Positions 51,053 through 63,705 of a stretch of 64,000 nt of DNA are shown here, piece by piece. How positions within the stretch are numbered: the first letter of the stretch is position 1; each line of letters begins with the position of its first letter. Both the position numbers and the translations under genes were made by a program. The DNA is from Octopus sinensis (Eukaryota): positions 130,572,001-130,636,000 of the forward strand of contig NC_042998.1 of the NCBI RefSeq assembly GCF_006345805.1. Direction: 5' to 3'. The notes under the pieces are model-generated. The model was not told the origin of the DNA and did not search any database. It saw only the letters and a list, made by a program, of their open reading frames with translations.

Positions 51053-51563
51053 TTATCATCATCATCATACACTCATGAAATTTGTTTAATTTCGTTGAAA
51101 AAATTTCTTGTAAGTCTTTGTGAAAATAAGTAGGGACACTTTACCTAAGTACTTCGATATCATTGAATGAAGATGGGGACTGCATCATTTTGCCTGAAAC
51201 AACACATATTTGATTTCGTCGGTTTTCGCATCCCTCGTTTAGAATAGCAGTTGTGTTACCGCCCACTATCAAACTCATTGGTAAGGTATCACGGAAATAT
51301 TATCATACCACTCTCAGTTCCATAAGGGAACTGTTGCACGCGAATAACAATACCAAGGAATACAAGAAAAACAAGTACAATAATAGCAATTGTAACAGCA
51401 ACGATAGTAGAAATGATTTTAGCAATACAAGAGAAAACGATACGCATCAACTACAGCGGCAATAGCAACAACTACAAATACGAAAATGACAAAGTAAGTG
51501 GTATGAACAGTACCGCAAGCTGGCAGCAGTCTTTTACTGTTATTGGCAGTGATATCAACGCGC

Positions 51564-51566
<3 letters not shown>

Positions 51567-51627
<61 letters not shown>
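51567..51627. repeat. (CT)n microsatellite
   Basis: Direct reading. Confidence 0.97.
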
Positions 51628-51629
<2 letters not shown>

Positions 51630-52240
51630 TAAGCGACAAGTTGAGACGCTTGACTCAGGCGGAGCCGCTAATCAAGTGGAATAAAAAGGGAACACGTTAT
51701 CTCAGACGACGTTAAGTAGCATCTACAGAGTGTCACTGTATGCCGGCTAAACCACGTAGGCTAGGAACAACAGCACACGACAAGATGGAAACGTCCCTTA
51801 AAGAAATATGGGTGGTTATAGATCGTGTAACCTGGGTGAGGCAATGTGGGAGCGTTGAAATCTACCTTAAGAGTGAAGTCCTCGTACTAATGCATTCCAT
51901 TTCTCCCATATTTGACAAGTAACTCATCTTTTACGCAGCATATATAGCGGGAAGTACCATTTGCTCTGAGATAGAAAGTGTTCCACCTGGTTCGGACATT
52001 TGATGGCTGTTGGTTTGTGTTTTAGTGGAGTGCTGTGAAACTTCTAGACATGGACTGGAGATGGACTTTGGTTTGAGGCCTCTGTGAAAAACCTCGTCGA
52101 GACGAAATTTTTGGTGGTGGAAATGTTCCCAATTGAATGGAACTACGGTCGTGGACAATATGCTAAGATGTCACTTGTGCGGTGTGGTGTGTCACTGAAG
52201 CACTTTCTGTCCTCAAAAAAAGTGTGGGATGGGGAAGACG
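51630..52240 (+). mobile_element. Decayed LINE ORF1 (gag-like) remnant with a CCHC knuckle
   Basis: 52166-52213 reads RCHLCGVVCH*STFCP (CX2CX4HX4C) in GC-richer, coding-like sequence that starts right after the (CT)n; family assignment (L1/Tx1) is tentative. Confidence 0.5.
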
Positions 52241-52613
52241 CCCCTACGAATGTCGATATAACAGTCCCAACATCACTAGGGAACACATAATCGCAACAAC
52301 AGTATGGAAATCTCCACACCAACCTCAACCCTAACACAATACCATCTCAATATAAAGGAAACATACACCGAAGCAGCATCAGTAGACACAAACAAACACA
52401 ACGTTAACAAAGCATTCTCACTCTAAAGATTTTGCGGATAAGATGCAGAAAACGTTTTTAAAAAACTGATGTCCATAGAACTACAAACTGAATAAGCAAC
52501 CAGTTTCTGTTTCTTCTACTTCCTTTCTACCAACGTGGTATCTCTGTTTGTAAACAGGCAAATGACATTTTTTTAATACAGCTCGATTTTTGTTAGAGTA
52601 TTTTGTTGGCCAG

Positions 52614-52833
52614 TACGGGAGGGTTCAGAAAATTTCCTGATTTTAAGAATATTGCGAATGACCTAACTGAGGCCCAGCCTTCCGAGTTCTTTAACAAGGC
52701 TAAGAAAAACTGAAGGACAGCTGCAATACATGTATGAATCAGAGAGGGAAATATGTTGAATAAAATCATAATTTACTGATTCTCCTGTTTTTTCTTTCAT
52801 TCAAAGTCAGTAACTTTTCAGCACACCCTCGCA
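52614..52833. mobile_element. Mariner-derived MITE
   Basis: Diverged ~30-bp TIRs (tacgggagggttcagaaaatttcctgatttt / aaagtcagtaacttttcagcacaccctcgca); internal atgtatgaatcagagagggaaatatgttgaataa encodes the transposase tail remnant C.N.RG.YVE*. Confidence 0.8.
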
Positions 52834-54457
52834 GTTATGGCAGAGCAGAAGATGTCAATAGTTCAAAATGCTCGGCTGCACAGACCGTTAATTTGTGACC
52901 TGTACAGCCGTCACAGATAGACTTTTTAGCTCTAAGTAATGATGTAAATCCCTTTAAACTTTTCGAGGAAAAATACTGATACACCATCAGTTTTGAGGTT
53001 CGTTGTACTTCGATTCTATCACTAGCCCGTTCATTATATTGCATGAACTTTATATTGCAAACTTTCGTTGTCGAGGAAATACAGCAACTGGTACTAGGTT
53101 CAATTTAACCGACTGCTACTTTCCCACTAAATTCTCATGTGCGAATGAAGAAATTTTTTCTCTGTTTTTATTATCGGAAATCGGTTTCTTAGATGTGTTT
53201 CTCTTCGGATTTACTTATGTTATATTTAAGATGCGTAATAAGTTTTCGTTTAACTTCTAAATACACTAATAATTTGATCAATAGTGTCATGAAATGTCCT
53301 TAACTAACATTTGTTTACGTAAAATAACAAGAATGTTGTAACATATTTCAGAACAAAAAAAGTTCCATATGAAAGATATGAATGATCTTTATTGAAGTAA
53401 TTGCAAATATGCTGTTTTTTTTTTGTTTATCTATGTTTTCCTTCGTATAGGAATTACGTTTGAAATATGAGCGGGAGCAGATGTCATAATGCAATTTAGA
53501 GTAATGGGAATTGTAAATTTGAAAATAACCACATACACTTTTTATCATACATTTCCTGAATAAGTATTTTTCGCATATTTTTATTATTTTTTTAGACTTA
53601 TGTTATTGCTGATATGGATGGGTTCTGTGTTTATTTGTGCTGTTTATATAATTGTTTACGTAATATATTTCTTTATCTAATATATAATTTACCTATGTTT
53701 ATATTTTGGAATATTTTTCTTCAAAAGCTTATATGAACAACCGATGAAATATAAAATTGTATGGGAATACAAAGTCAGGAGAGCCCTAAATAAACCAAGT
53801 TTATGATCAGACACATGAACAAACTGAATGCCTTTGTAACCTGGATTACAAATTTTCCCAGTTCTTCTTTTTGAAGATGGTAATACCCAGTTTGAGGGGG
53901 ATTTGGCTACTATTTCATGTAGGATGAGAAAGGAAGTCATAAAATATTACATTTGTTGTTTTAGTCTTTACTTGTCTGCAGGACAAGGTAGAAAGTAATG
54001 TGGAGTGTAACATTCTGTTTAATTTTAAATTCCTGAAAGGTGTGCGTCCACTTCTGCGTAAAAAAGAAAGTATGTATGAAGTGGATATATCTTTAGTAAA
54101 GCCGGACATTGATCAGTAAGCGCAGGGTGTCATTCATTATGACGGACAATGTCATTTGGAATGTATGTTTCTAGCACATTTGACACATTGGAAGGAGTAT
54201 AACTAAATGATTTTTAGCAGAATCAGAAGTTTTATTCATATTCGACCATGATAGTTCCACTCTCGTACACCAGATGGTACTTGGTGTGGAGCCACAGAGA
54301 AGCAGTCTGCGGTGGGTGGAGGATGACACCAACGACCTTACTAACGTCCAAATACCTTTTTTCGGACAGCAGGTTAAGTGAGGCAGTTGGGGTTAATCTT
54401 TGAATAGAACAGACAATGACGACCTACGACCGATAGCGACAACGAAACACACACACA

Positions 54458-54490
<33 letters not shown>

Positions 54491-55290
54491 GCGCACAGAC
54501 ACGCATAGAAAGAAAGAAAGAAAGGGAGAGAGAGAGGGAGAAATGCAAGAAATGCATACACGGACAAATATAGACAGTATTTAGAGGTAAACAGCTTGTG
54601 AAACGTGAACGAGACAGTTGTAATAATGTATATCTACCAATGACTGTAACAACAAAACAACCTTATTATATAATACTTTGAATATCACTTTTGTAAGAAG
54701 TCTCGATTTACTCCCATAAAGAGCTGAAAACACACGCACACATACACACATAAAGACGCACAAAGACACAAACGCGCATGCGTACACAAGCACAACCACA
54801 CACATTACACACAAACACATATATAATGTATATATAGGGAATCTCATATTTTTATGCATATTTCTTTAAAAACATGAATTATATTTAAAGTTTGAACTTT
54901 TTTTAATAGAGATTTTTATATTTATTTATATATTTACTTACTTTTTTCAGTCGTAATGGATCACTAGAAATCTTCAATCCACAAATTCTAGTTCTTCATA
55001 CTTCATTTTAAAGAACTGAAATGAATAATTTGGCGTTTGTCATGTTTCTCTTATTTTTTAGCCGTAATCACCAAAAGATTTTTAACCGTTAGTATTATGC
55101 ATCAACAATCGCGCGTTGATTTCCTTGCTGCAGTCAAATAAGATATATAAGAAAGAAAACCTAACGGTCAAACTTTTACTCTTGCAATCAATTCAAAACA
55201 TGCTGATAGATGGTGCTAACAATCTAAACACTTTTGGCGGGGACGTCTACAGAAATTTAATCGGTGTGCGGCAAACAATACATACATACG

Positions 55291-55373
<83 letters not shown>

Positions 55374-55479
55374 ATAGTAAAAAGTGAAAAGACTACAGAA
55401 GGCTTGTTTTAAAAGGTTAAAAAATATATATTTGAGTCAATATGTCTGAAGAATGTTATAAATTTTTTTCATACAATGA

Positions 55480-55790
55480 CATAGTTTTTGAAGAAATGAC
55501 CGGTTTCGCGTTCAGCTTTTCAAATTTCTTACATCGTTATGTTTACGTTGAGAAGAGTTCCAGATAACGGGAGGTAATAAGTGATTTCTTCCGGTGTAAG
55601 GGAGATAATCGCTTAAAATTTCTTGCCTTTCTTTTGGAGTGAATTTCTCTGTATAATTATGTTGGAATGGTTAAGTTTGGGCTTGTATTTTTCAATGAAG
55701 AATGTTTCCTTGTTTAGTCTAATCTTCGAAAATTTGACTATGTAATCCTAGAAACGTTGGATATAGGTTTAGAAGCTCTTAGTTGTTAGC
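55480..55790 (-). mobile_element. Penelope-like element 3' fragment
   Basis: Minus strand IRLNKETFFIEKYKPKLN (end of the GIY-YIG domain) followed by a 3' region with gctgaacgcgaaaccggtc. Confidence 0.72.
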
Positions 55791-55929
55791 CATATGTAAA
55801 AGCTAATTAGAAAATAAATCTTAAATAAAACAGATAAAGGCCGATCTTTGCCGTGTATGTAATGAAAAATGCAAATTGCATATTTGTAAGCATATGTATC
55901 TATGCGCGCACTTAATGCGACCTACAAGC

Positions 55930-56672
55930 ATCAGTATGCTGACCGATGTCGTATAGTGAAGTTGTATTGTTACGTAGATTGTAGTTTTCATGCTTTAGGA
56001 ATGGTCACTTGTTGCTTGAAGACCAAGCTCATTCAGGGGTGAACCTACTGAACGAATGAAAACAACACAATAATTCATGAACTGATCTTTGAGGACCGTC
56101 GCCAAACAATTGATTGACAGATTCTTTTATATGACTGGTGTGTCCTAGCGATCCTGCCAACGAATTTTCAGCTGGAATTGCTATGCTGATTTGTTTCATC
56201 GATGCAAAAGGAGTGGTGCACACAGAATTTGTTCCTCCTCGTCAAACTGTTAACAAGACATTTTACTTGGCAGTTCTGAAGCGTTTGCAAGACGCTGTGA
56301 GATGAAAACGACCCGACTTGTGGCAAAGTGGAGAATAGTGGTTTGTTCACGACAATGCGCATTTGCACACTACCTTGCTCCTTGCTCCGATCTTGCTTCT
56401 TGCTCCATTCCTGAATGAAAAAAGACTTTACAAAAAGATAACGTTTTACAGATGTGGAAGAGGTAACGAAATAAAAAACTTAACGACGGAGATGTTAAGA
56501 AGCATCACTTCGCAAGAATTCCAAGAATGCTTTGAACAGTGGAAGACGTGTCTGTACCGATGCATTGCTTCAAATGGAAAATATTTTGAAGGCCACAAAA
56601 GTGTAAACATGGAAAATTAAGTGAATAAATCGATAATGCAAAATCCCGGTTCTTATGGGTACCTTCCCGCTT
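55930..56672 (+). pseudogene. Internally deleted mariner element (second family)
   Basis: FRNGH..LEDQAHSG, MLICFIDAKGVVHTEFVPPRQTVNKTFYLAVLKRLQDAVR*KRPDLWQSGE*WFVHDNA, FQECFEQWK..LYRCIASNGKYFEG; TIR-like aaaatcccggttcttatgggtacc at the 3' end. Confidence 0.9.
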
Positions 56673-56696
56673 ACACACAGACACACACACACACAC

Positions 56697-56742
<46 letters not shown>

Positions 56743-58515
56743 GTTCATGGTTCATGTAATTAAATAATCAAATCAGTAAACGTACTTGAAACAGAATTAA
56801 ATTAAACGCAACTACGTAGATCGCTTTTATAATATATATGCAAAAGTATTACGTCGCTATCTGAGAAACTTTTCAAAAACTCTTGTATGTTAAAAAAAAA
56901 CGTAACACCATACAGCAGGCTCAAAAGTCGCCTGTGATTCGTCAAGTACGGGGTTATGATCTCATTTGTTCTCCTGAGTGAGCAAAACAACCCCAGAGTT
57001 ACGACACAACGTTATTTTTCTTCTCATATAAAAATCTTTGTAAAGAAATCATTCGCTGACTGGTGTTAAGGTTAGTCAGATTAAGAATAAATCAATATAT
57101 GCAATTCAAAGAGCATCTGATCAAAAGAATGCGTATTTCATTTATAATGTACGTACAAATTTAGAACGGAAATACCTGTAACAGTTTATCTTGGAGAAAT
57201 TCCTCAGAGACATATTGGTTAAAAAGAAAGCCATAAATTTCGTTCAGAAAGAAGGCCGTCAGTCGATTGTTCCATCTGATTTGGACTCCCCAAGTAACGA
57301 ATAGTTTAATCGAAATACTCATCACGAAATCAATTGCGCCATTCTACGTGTGTATACAGATAAATGTTATAAACCTCGTTATTTTAAACTGGTCTCAATT
57401 TTAATGTAATGTTTATTTCAATCTAATGTGTTAAGTACGTATATTGAATGAATTTTAAACTCACCGTCTTTCCCAAAAGTCGTTGACTGGTTTGTTTAGG
57501 GATTTCTGTAACGGAAGAAATATTTAGATTTAGATCAGTGGGTATTTGTCCCTACTGTAACCGATTCCGATCGAATCACTTTGACAATTCGCCGACTACT
57601 TTCTCGGGTTTTTTTCTTTCTTAGTTTTTGTTAACACTTTTTGATAACTTTGGATAGTTTATCTGAGAGCAAAAGCTTTTCTGACCTTATACGTACATTT
57701 TAATTAATGTACACCTCGTTATTACACATATACTTATAAGCACACTGTCACCTATTAATTCATTAGATATTGGAATATTTTGTAACATTAAGATTGAAAG
57801 GAAACTTATACATTTATATGATTGTTTATCATTCACGTTTTCCTATCAAAAGAGTACTACAATTCTCTTTACTGATGTTATTTTAGAAAATAGGTACGAA
57901 ATAAATGAGAAGATTTTCACTAGCGTTCTATAGCAGAAAATATATCTCCTAGCTTATTTCCTCTAGAAACTATAAAAATTTTGTTGTTAAAACATTGTTT
58001 CAAAACAATCTAGAGCAACAAGAAATTGATCGTGGGTGAGAGAAAGACTAAGATTCACGTTGTAGTGTACATGTTATTCTAAATCGCATCATGATAAATG
58101 CTGTACTCCTTCGAGAAACCAGTATCAAAGCAGCTTCATGAAATAAAATTCAATTTTCCTGCTCATTATTTCTCTCACTTCTTCGTCATTCTCGATATAC
58201 ATTTACATTCTTGCTTATATAATCTTTGATTAACTATCACTCTCAAGAGAGAATGACCAGGTAGCGTGTACCAAGTTTTTTCTATTTGACTTTAGGTGCA
58301 TTTATTGTCACGAGAAGGTAGATTTTTATTCGATGCTGTCTAATGTCTTTGATCTAATTAAACCGATTTGCGATTTCCTTCGATCATAACGACATAGGAA
58401 TCCGGTAGCTAGAAATATGAACAATTCATTCAACATTGCGCAAACATATAAAGAATGATTTTCTAAATTAAAAAAATATACATACATATACAAATATATT
58501 CATATCTATCTATCT

Positions 58516-58516
58516 C

Positions 58517-58599
<83 letters not shown>

Positions 58600-58600
58600 T

Positions 58601-58686
<86 letters not shown>

Positions 58687-58713
58687 TATTGATTGATTGA
58701 TAGATATATAGAT

Positions 58714-58762
<49 letters not shown>

Positions 58763-58789
58763 TATTGATTGATTGATAGATATATAGAT

Positions 58790-58823
<34 letters not shown>

Positions 58824-58829
58824 TTAGAT
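58516..58829. repeat. (GATA)n array with a 76-bp higher-order duplication
   Basis: Variant block tatattgattgattgatagatatatagatagaaag starts at both 58685 and 58761. Confidence 0.95.
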
Positions 58830-58990
58830 ATGTTTCTTTATTAGCCACACAGGGCTGCACACAGATAGAACAAATTACAAGGTAGAGCTTTTCTTTTGAA
58901 GGTATTAAAAAAAAAAAAAAAAAAAAAAGGAAGGGGGAGGTTCGATCAAAAGGGATCGTAAAAGGAGAGAAAGAGGACAAAAATAAGGGA
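58830..58990 (-). mobile_element. Tx1-like LINE extreme 3' end (161 bp) in (GATA)n
   Basis: Identical outside the A-tracts to 59034-59235; GATA repeats on both sides. Confidence 0.92.
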
Positions 58991-59033
58991 GATAGATAGA
59001 TAGATAGCTAGATAGATAGATAGATAGATAGAT

Positions 59034-60472
59034 ATGTTTCTTTATTAGCCACACAGGGCTGCACACAGATAGAACAAATTACAAGGTAGAGCTTTTCTTT
59101 TGAAGGTTTAAAAAAAATAAAAAATAAAAAAATAAAGAAAATAAAAAAATAAGAAAAAAATAAAATAAAATAAAAATAAAATAAAAAAGGGGGGGTCGAT
59201 CAAAAGGGATCGTAAAAGGAGAGAAAGAGGACAAAAAAAAAAAAAAAAAAAAGGGGGGGGGGTTTAAAAAAAAGGGGGAGAGGAAAAAATTGATCAATAG
59301 GGATCGTTATCACAGAAATGTCAATATGAAGTGTAAAGGGGGGACAGGTGAGGTTTACCCGTGGAAAGAAAAGCCTACGGAAAAGACCACGGTAACCTCG
59401 GTCAATGAAGTCACATGTTATATTTCTTTTTTTTTTTTTTTTTTTTGCAAATAAGCAACTCTCTGTATTAATTTTTACGGTTCATAGAATCATAGTCAAG
59501 GTGGCTTCGTCATTCATACGTGCCATCCTTGCTACATTCACCCATCTTTTTTTAAAACATTCACTAGACAAAACTTGCCTCTCTACTCTCACTTTTTTCT
59601 TCAAGTGATACTTGAAGAAGTTGATGAGAGATTGACCAGAGAGGAAAGTGTTTGTCTCTAATCCTTTCAGACGCGTCCACCAGATACATTCTTTCGCCAT
59701 AGCCACAAGTATGATAAAAATAGCTCTTCCTTCCCGTTTGAAGGAAGGAGGCGTGACGATATTAACGATAGACTCGGCTGATAAACCGACACGTCCCACA
59801 CGTGACAGCAGTCGTTCGACATAAGCCCACAGGTGGGAAATTGCTGGACACTGCACGATTGCGTGCAGAGCGGTTTCGTCGCTCTGCCCGCATCTCGGGC
59901 AGGTCGGCCCCGTGTTTCTCGAGCCATGCCTATAGAGCTTATCCCGAACGGGTAGCGCTTCTCGGTAGCACCGCCAGGCCAGGGATCTCTGGAAGTTGTC
60001 CATAGGTCCCGGGCCGAAAGTCGTTTGAAACAGGCGGGTCAGGTATTCCTCGTCGACGCCCAGGTTTGCCCCGAGCTCGTCGTCGTACCTCCCCTCCACT
60101 AATCCCCTATAGAATGCTTTGGTTGTGTTGAAGTCACTCAAGGTCGACCCGGGACGGCAGAGTTGCTTGAGAGCAACGCGACACTCGCGGTGCCATTCGC
60201 CTTCTTCGGCCTCTTTTTGATCCACGACTGTAGTTCGGTCATGGAGAAGAGTTGCGGGAATGCGTGCCTCACAAACGGCGACCACACCTGTTCACCGTCG
60301 TCTACATAGAGCCGGAGATGTCGCAGTCTCAGCGCGTGTCTGCGCATCATCAACCACGGCATGCCCAGCCCTCCTTTTAACGGGTGTTGACAGCAAATGG
60401 ATCGCCTGACCATCGGGACGCATCCTTTCCACAAGAAGCGGAAGAGGATGCGTTCTAGTTTGGTGATGGTAG
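59034..60472 (-). mobile_element. L1/Tx1-clade LINE, 5'-truncated (1.44 kb), embedded in (GATA)n
   Basis: ILFRFLWKGCVPMVRRSICCQHPLKGGLGMP (FLW.G...GGLG motif); one frameshift near 60200; C-terminal CPRCGQSDETALHAIVQC (zf-RVT-like); stop at 59482; T-rich 3' UTR ending AATAAAGAAACAT|(ATCT)n. Confidence 0.93.
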
Positions 60473-60568
<96 letters not shown>

Positions 60569-60570
60569 CC

Positions 60571-60626
<56 letters not shown>

Positions 60627-60660
60627 AAGATAGATAGATATTTGGTAGATAGATAGTTGA
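60473..60660. repeat. (GATA)n array abutting the Tx1 5' junction
   Basis: Direct reading. Confidence 0.97.
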
Positions 60661-61376
60661 TCAATATGACTGTGTTGTGTCATAAATAATTAATGTAGTT
60701 CACTTCATAATCAACTAGAGTCGTTAGTTGTAAACTCATAAACCGAAGAAAGCAACTAATGGTGTCAACGCACCCACTATATACTTACGATCTTGCTTTA
60801 TGGCCCTTGATAGAATTTCTATTGCGAAAGTTCTGAAATAAAATGCAATGCACTTTAATGTTATCAGACAAATCTTTGCAAACAAATACAAGAATGTTTA
60901 ATTAATAAGATCCAATAAAAAAGCGGGATTAATATTAGAAAATAGAGTTGCTTTTCCTTTATCTTTACAATAATTGCATCTTTAACATTTCTTTTAAACT
61001 TTTTGCCCGTATTTAATTTTCGCCTCTTTCTTTTCCTTTCATATCATTTCTCATTATTGGCTTAAACTGATTATTCTGAAAGATTAATTATTTTTGTAGA
61101 GATGTAAAGGTGCGACTGAACACGCAATTCATATAGGATCGTACATTTTCCTTGGATTAAATTTGATTTAGAAAGCAGTTTTGTTATGAGATCTACTGAA
61201 ATTAGTACGTGAAGTTTTTTTTTTTTAATTCAAATTCGTTATAGAAGTTACGGCAGTTGAAGAGATTCGAAACATTTGTAGTGTATGTCTGCAAGGCATT
61301 CACCTTTAATTATACGAATACAGTAGAAGATATGTAAGTGCGCAAGTACGAAAGCAAACACAAGTATACGCTTCTC

Positions 61377-61427
<51 letters not shown>

Positions 61428-61581
61428 TTATCTATGTATATACAAGGAGCACTCCAGAGGTTTTGAGATTTTATTTAGGAGAGACAGTTACAACTGTGCT
61501 AGATCATTGTAATTCTACTATATCCATATATATATCTAATAAGCTGACCTGCACACTGCTGTTTTTCTTTTTAAAATTCAG

Positions 61582-61840
61582 ACATAAGGGGACCACTGTA
61601 ACAACACTTTGAACACACCTTACTAACATAGCTTGTCACAGCTGACGAGGTTGCAGAGTGCAGTCGGGATGTGAAGGCACTTTGAAATCTAGCTATGCAA
61701 TAAAGTTCTGTGCTAAACACGGCTAAAACGCTATAAGAAGGCTATAATAAGGGTCATGGATACCTTCACAGTGGAGAGCATCCATAGGACTTACCCGAAA
61801 TGAGTGTTGCGCTACAACAAACTTCCTTGAAGTCAAATAA
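61582..61840 (+). mobile_element. Mariner 5' remnant
   Basis: YAIKFCAKHG*NA resembles the QRYAIKFCVKLGKSA N-terminus of mariner transposases; TIR-like cataaggggaccactg upstream. Confidence 0.5.
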
Positions 61841-61948
61841 CCCTACCTAGGAATAGAAAAGAATTTGGTACTTGACATTACAGCATCTACTGAAAACGAC
61901 CCAAAACATCAGGAATGCACTTGTATAAGTATATACATACACGCATGC

Positions 61949-61986
<38 letters not shown>

Positions 61987-62163
61987 GTACATAATCCCCC
62001 CTACGAACATGTAGTAATAATAATGATGATAATCAATGGATGGAATTCATAAATAATTTAATGTATCAGTATATGCGTTTCCAGAAATCACGTTATTTCT
62101 GATGATAGTCTGTATTCGAGGAATAATTGCGGTACATTAAAATATTTATAAATTCAATCCACA

Positions 62164-62164
<1 letters not shown>

Positions 62165-62251
<87 letters not shown>

Positions 62252-62263
62252 TGATGATGATGA
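62165..62263 (+). repeat. (TAA)n-(TGA)n microsatellite
   Basis: Direct reading. Confidence 0.97.
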
Positions 62264-63174
62264 TATACATGCAATAAATTAAACTATTGGAAAAGAAATA
62301 TTCCTAGCATCGGGATACAACGAGTATCCTGAGATGCCTAAAACCCCACCAAGTGTTCTAGCTGTCCCTAATAACACTGGAGCTGTATTAAACTACGTGT
62401 TATAGCTATTTCCTCTATGCATATGTTGAAATGTTTCGAGCAAGTTTCTAATGCAGCTTATAATTACTGGGATACATTTCACTCGCACTTTCCTTAGTCT
62501 TTGTAATTTAAGTGTTACGTCCTGGTATTTTTGCTATTTTTTCTATACCTCCCATATTAATTTTTTTCATCATTTGGGACTGTAAAGTTAATTATGTGGC
62601 ACTTTCTATTGTCTTTATCTACTGCATCTACATCAGGCTTTCTAGCATCTATTACTCTGTCGGTCAGAATGTTAAAGTCCCACAATATCTTGTATTTCTT
62701 GCTTTCTAGTACTTGGCGAGGCTCATGTTCATACCATTTATCAGTATGTTCGAATCCTAGCTTTCTACATAACTCCCAGTGGATTACTGTCCCTAGGTTG
62801 TCATGTCTTCTCTTGTATTTCTGTGCAAGCATGATACATTCACTTACTATATCAGTAGGGATTTCCTCTTTTGATTTGAATAGCCTACATTAGGAATCTA
62901 TTTGGAATTTGTCGACCCTGGCGTTTATCCAATTAGTCCTTAATGCATGATTTTGTGCTGCTACTAACACACTTTTGTCTTCCTTTTTACCCTTCCTTTC
63001 TACAAACATAACCATGTCTCACTACTACTATTTACTGCAACTATCTTTGTGAACACCCAGCAAGGCCTTCTCCTGCCAGTTAGGTAACTTCTGTTCTTTT
63101 TTCGGGTTCTTATCTTCGTTTCGGTTCTTGACCTCCCTATGTCTTGCTGTGACTGTAGCCGCTTTTAATAATAT
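62264..63174 (-). mobile_element. R4/Dong-clade LINE 3' fragment (copy D), decayed
   Basis: WQEKALLG, LVAAQNHALRTNW, IVSECIMLAQKYKRRHDNLGTVIHWELCRKLGFEHTDKWYEHEP, ILWDFNILTDRVIDARKPDV, VLLGTARTLGGVL; hairpin at 62305-62340. Confidence 0.92.
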
Positions 63175-63189
63175 TCTTCTTCTTCTTCT

Positions 63190-63224
<35 letters not shown>

Positions 63225-63278
63225 TGCCTCCTCCTCCTACTACTACTACAACTACCACCACCACCACCAAAACCACAT

Positions 63279-63321
<43 letters not shown>

Positions 63322-63338
63322 AACTACTACTATTACTA
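63175..63338. repeat. (TTC)n/(CTA)n/(CCA)n compound array
   Basis: Direct reading. Confidence 0.95.
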
Positions 63339-63514
63339 CATTTATCTTTCATTATATCAACAGAGCTCATGTAATCATGAAAAACTACTGTTTTCACTTG
63401 CTATCATTAAGCTGTAGACGGCATAATAAAATAGATTTTATATGGATATACAGTAACGTTTCCCGTTAGCAATCTGAACAGATATTTGTATATATACACA
63501 CACCACCCACACAA

Positions 63515-63548
<34 letters not shown>

Positions 63549-63551
63549 GTA

Positions 63552-63603
<52 letters not shown>

Positions 63604-63623
63604 CATACACACATAGGCATATA

Positions 63624-63705
63624 TATATATGTATACTCTTTTACTCTTTTAGTTGTTTCAGTCATTTGACTGCGGCCATGCTGGAGCACCGCCTTTAACT
63701 GGAGC
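63624..63705 (-). mobile_element. 82-bp 5'-truncated type-D SINE tail with ~21-bp TSD
   Basis: Matches 37957-38020 in reverse complement; ACATACACACATAGGCATATA at 63603-63623 and 63706-63726. Confidence 0.88.

Noticed and set aside
57185-57293. Possible exon FILEKFLRDILVKKKAINFVQKEGRQSIVPSDLDSP
   Set aside because: There is no polypyrimidine tract, the donor is weak and no homology is recognisable.
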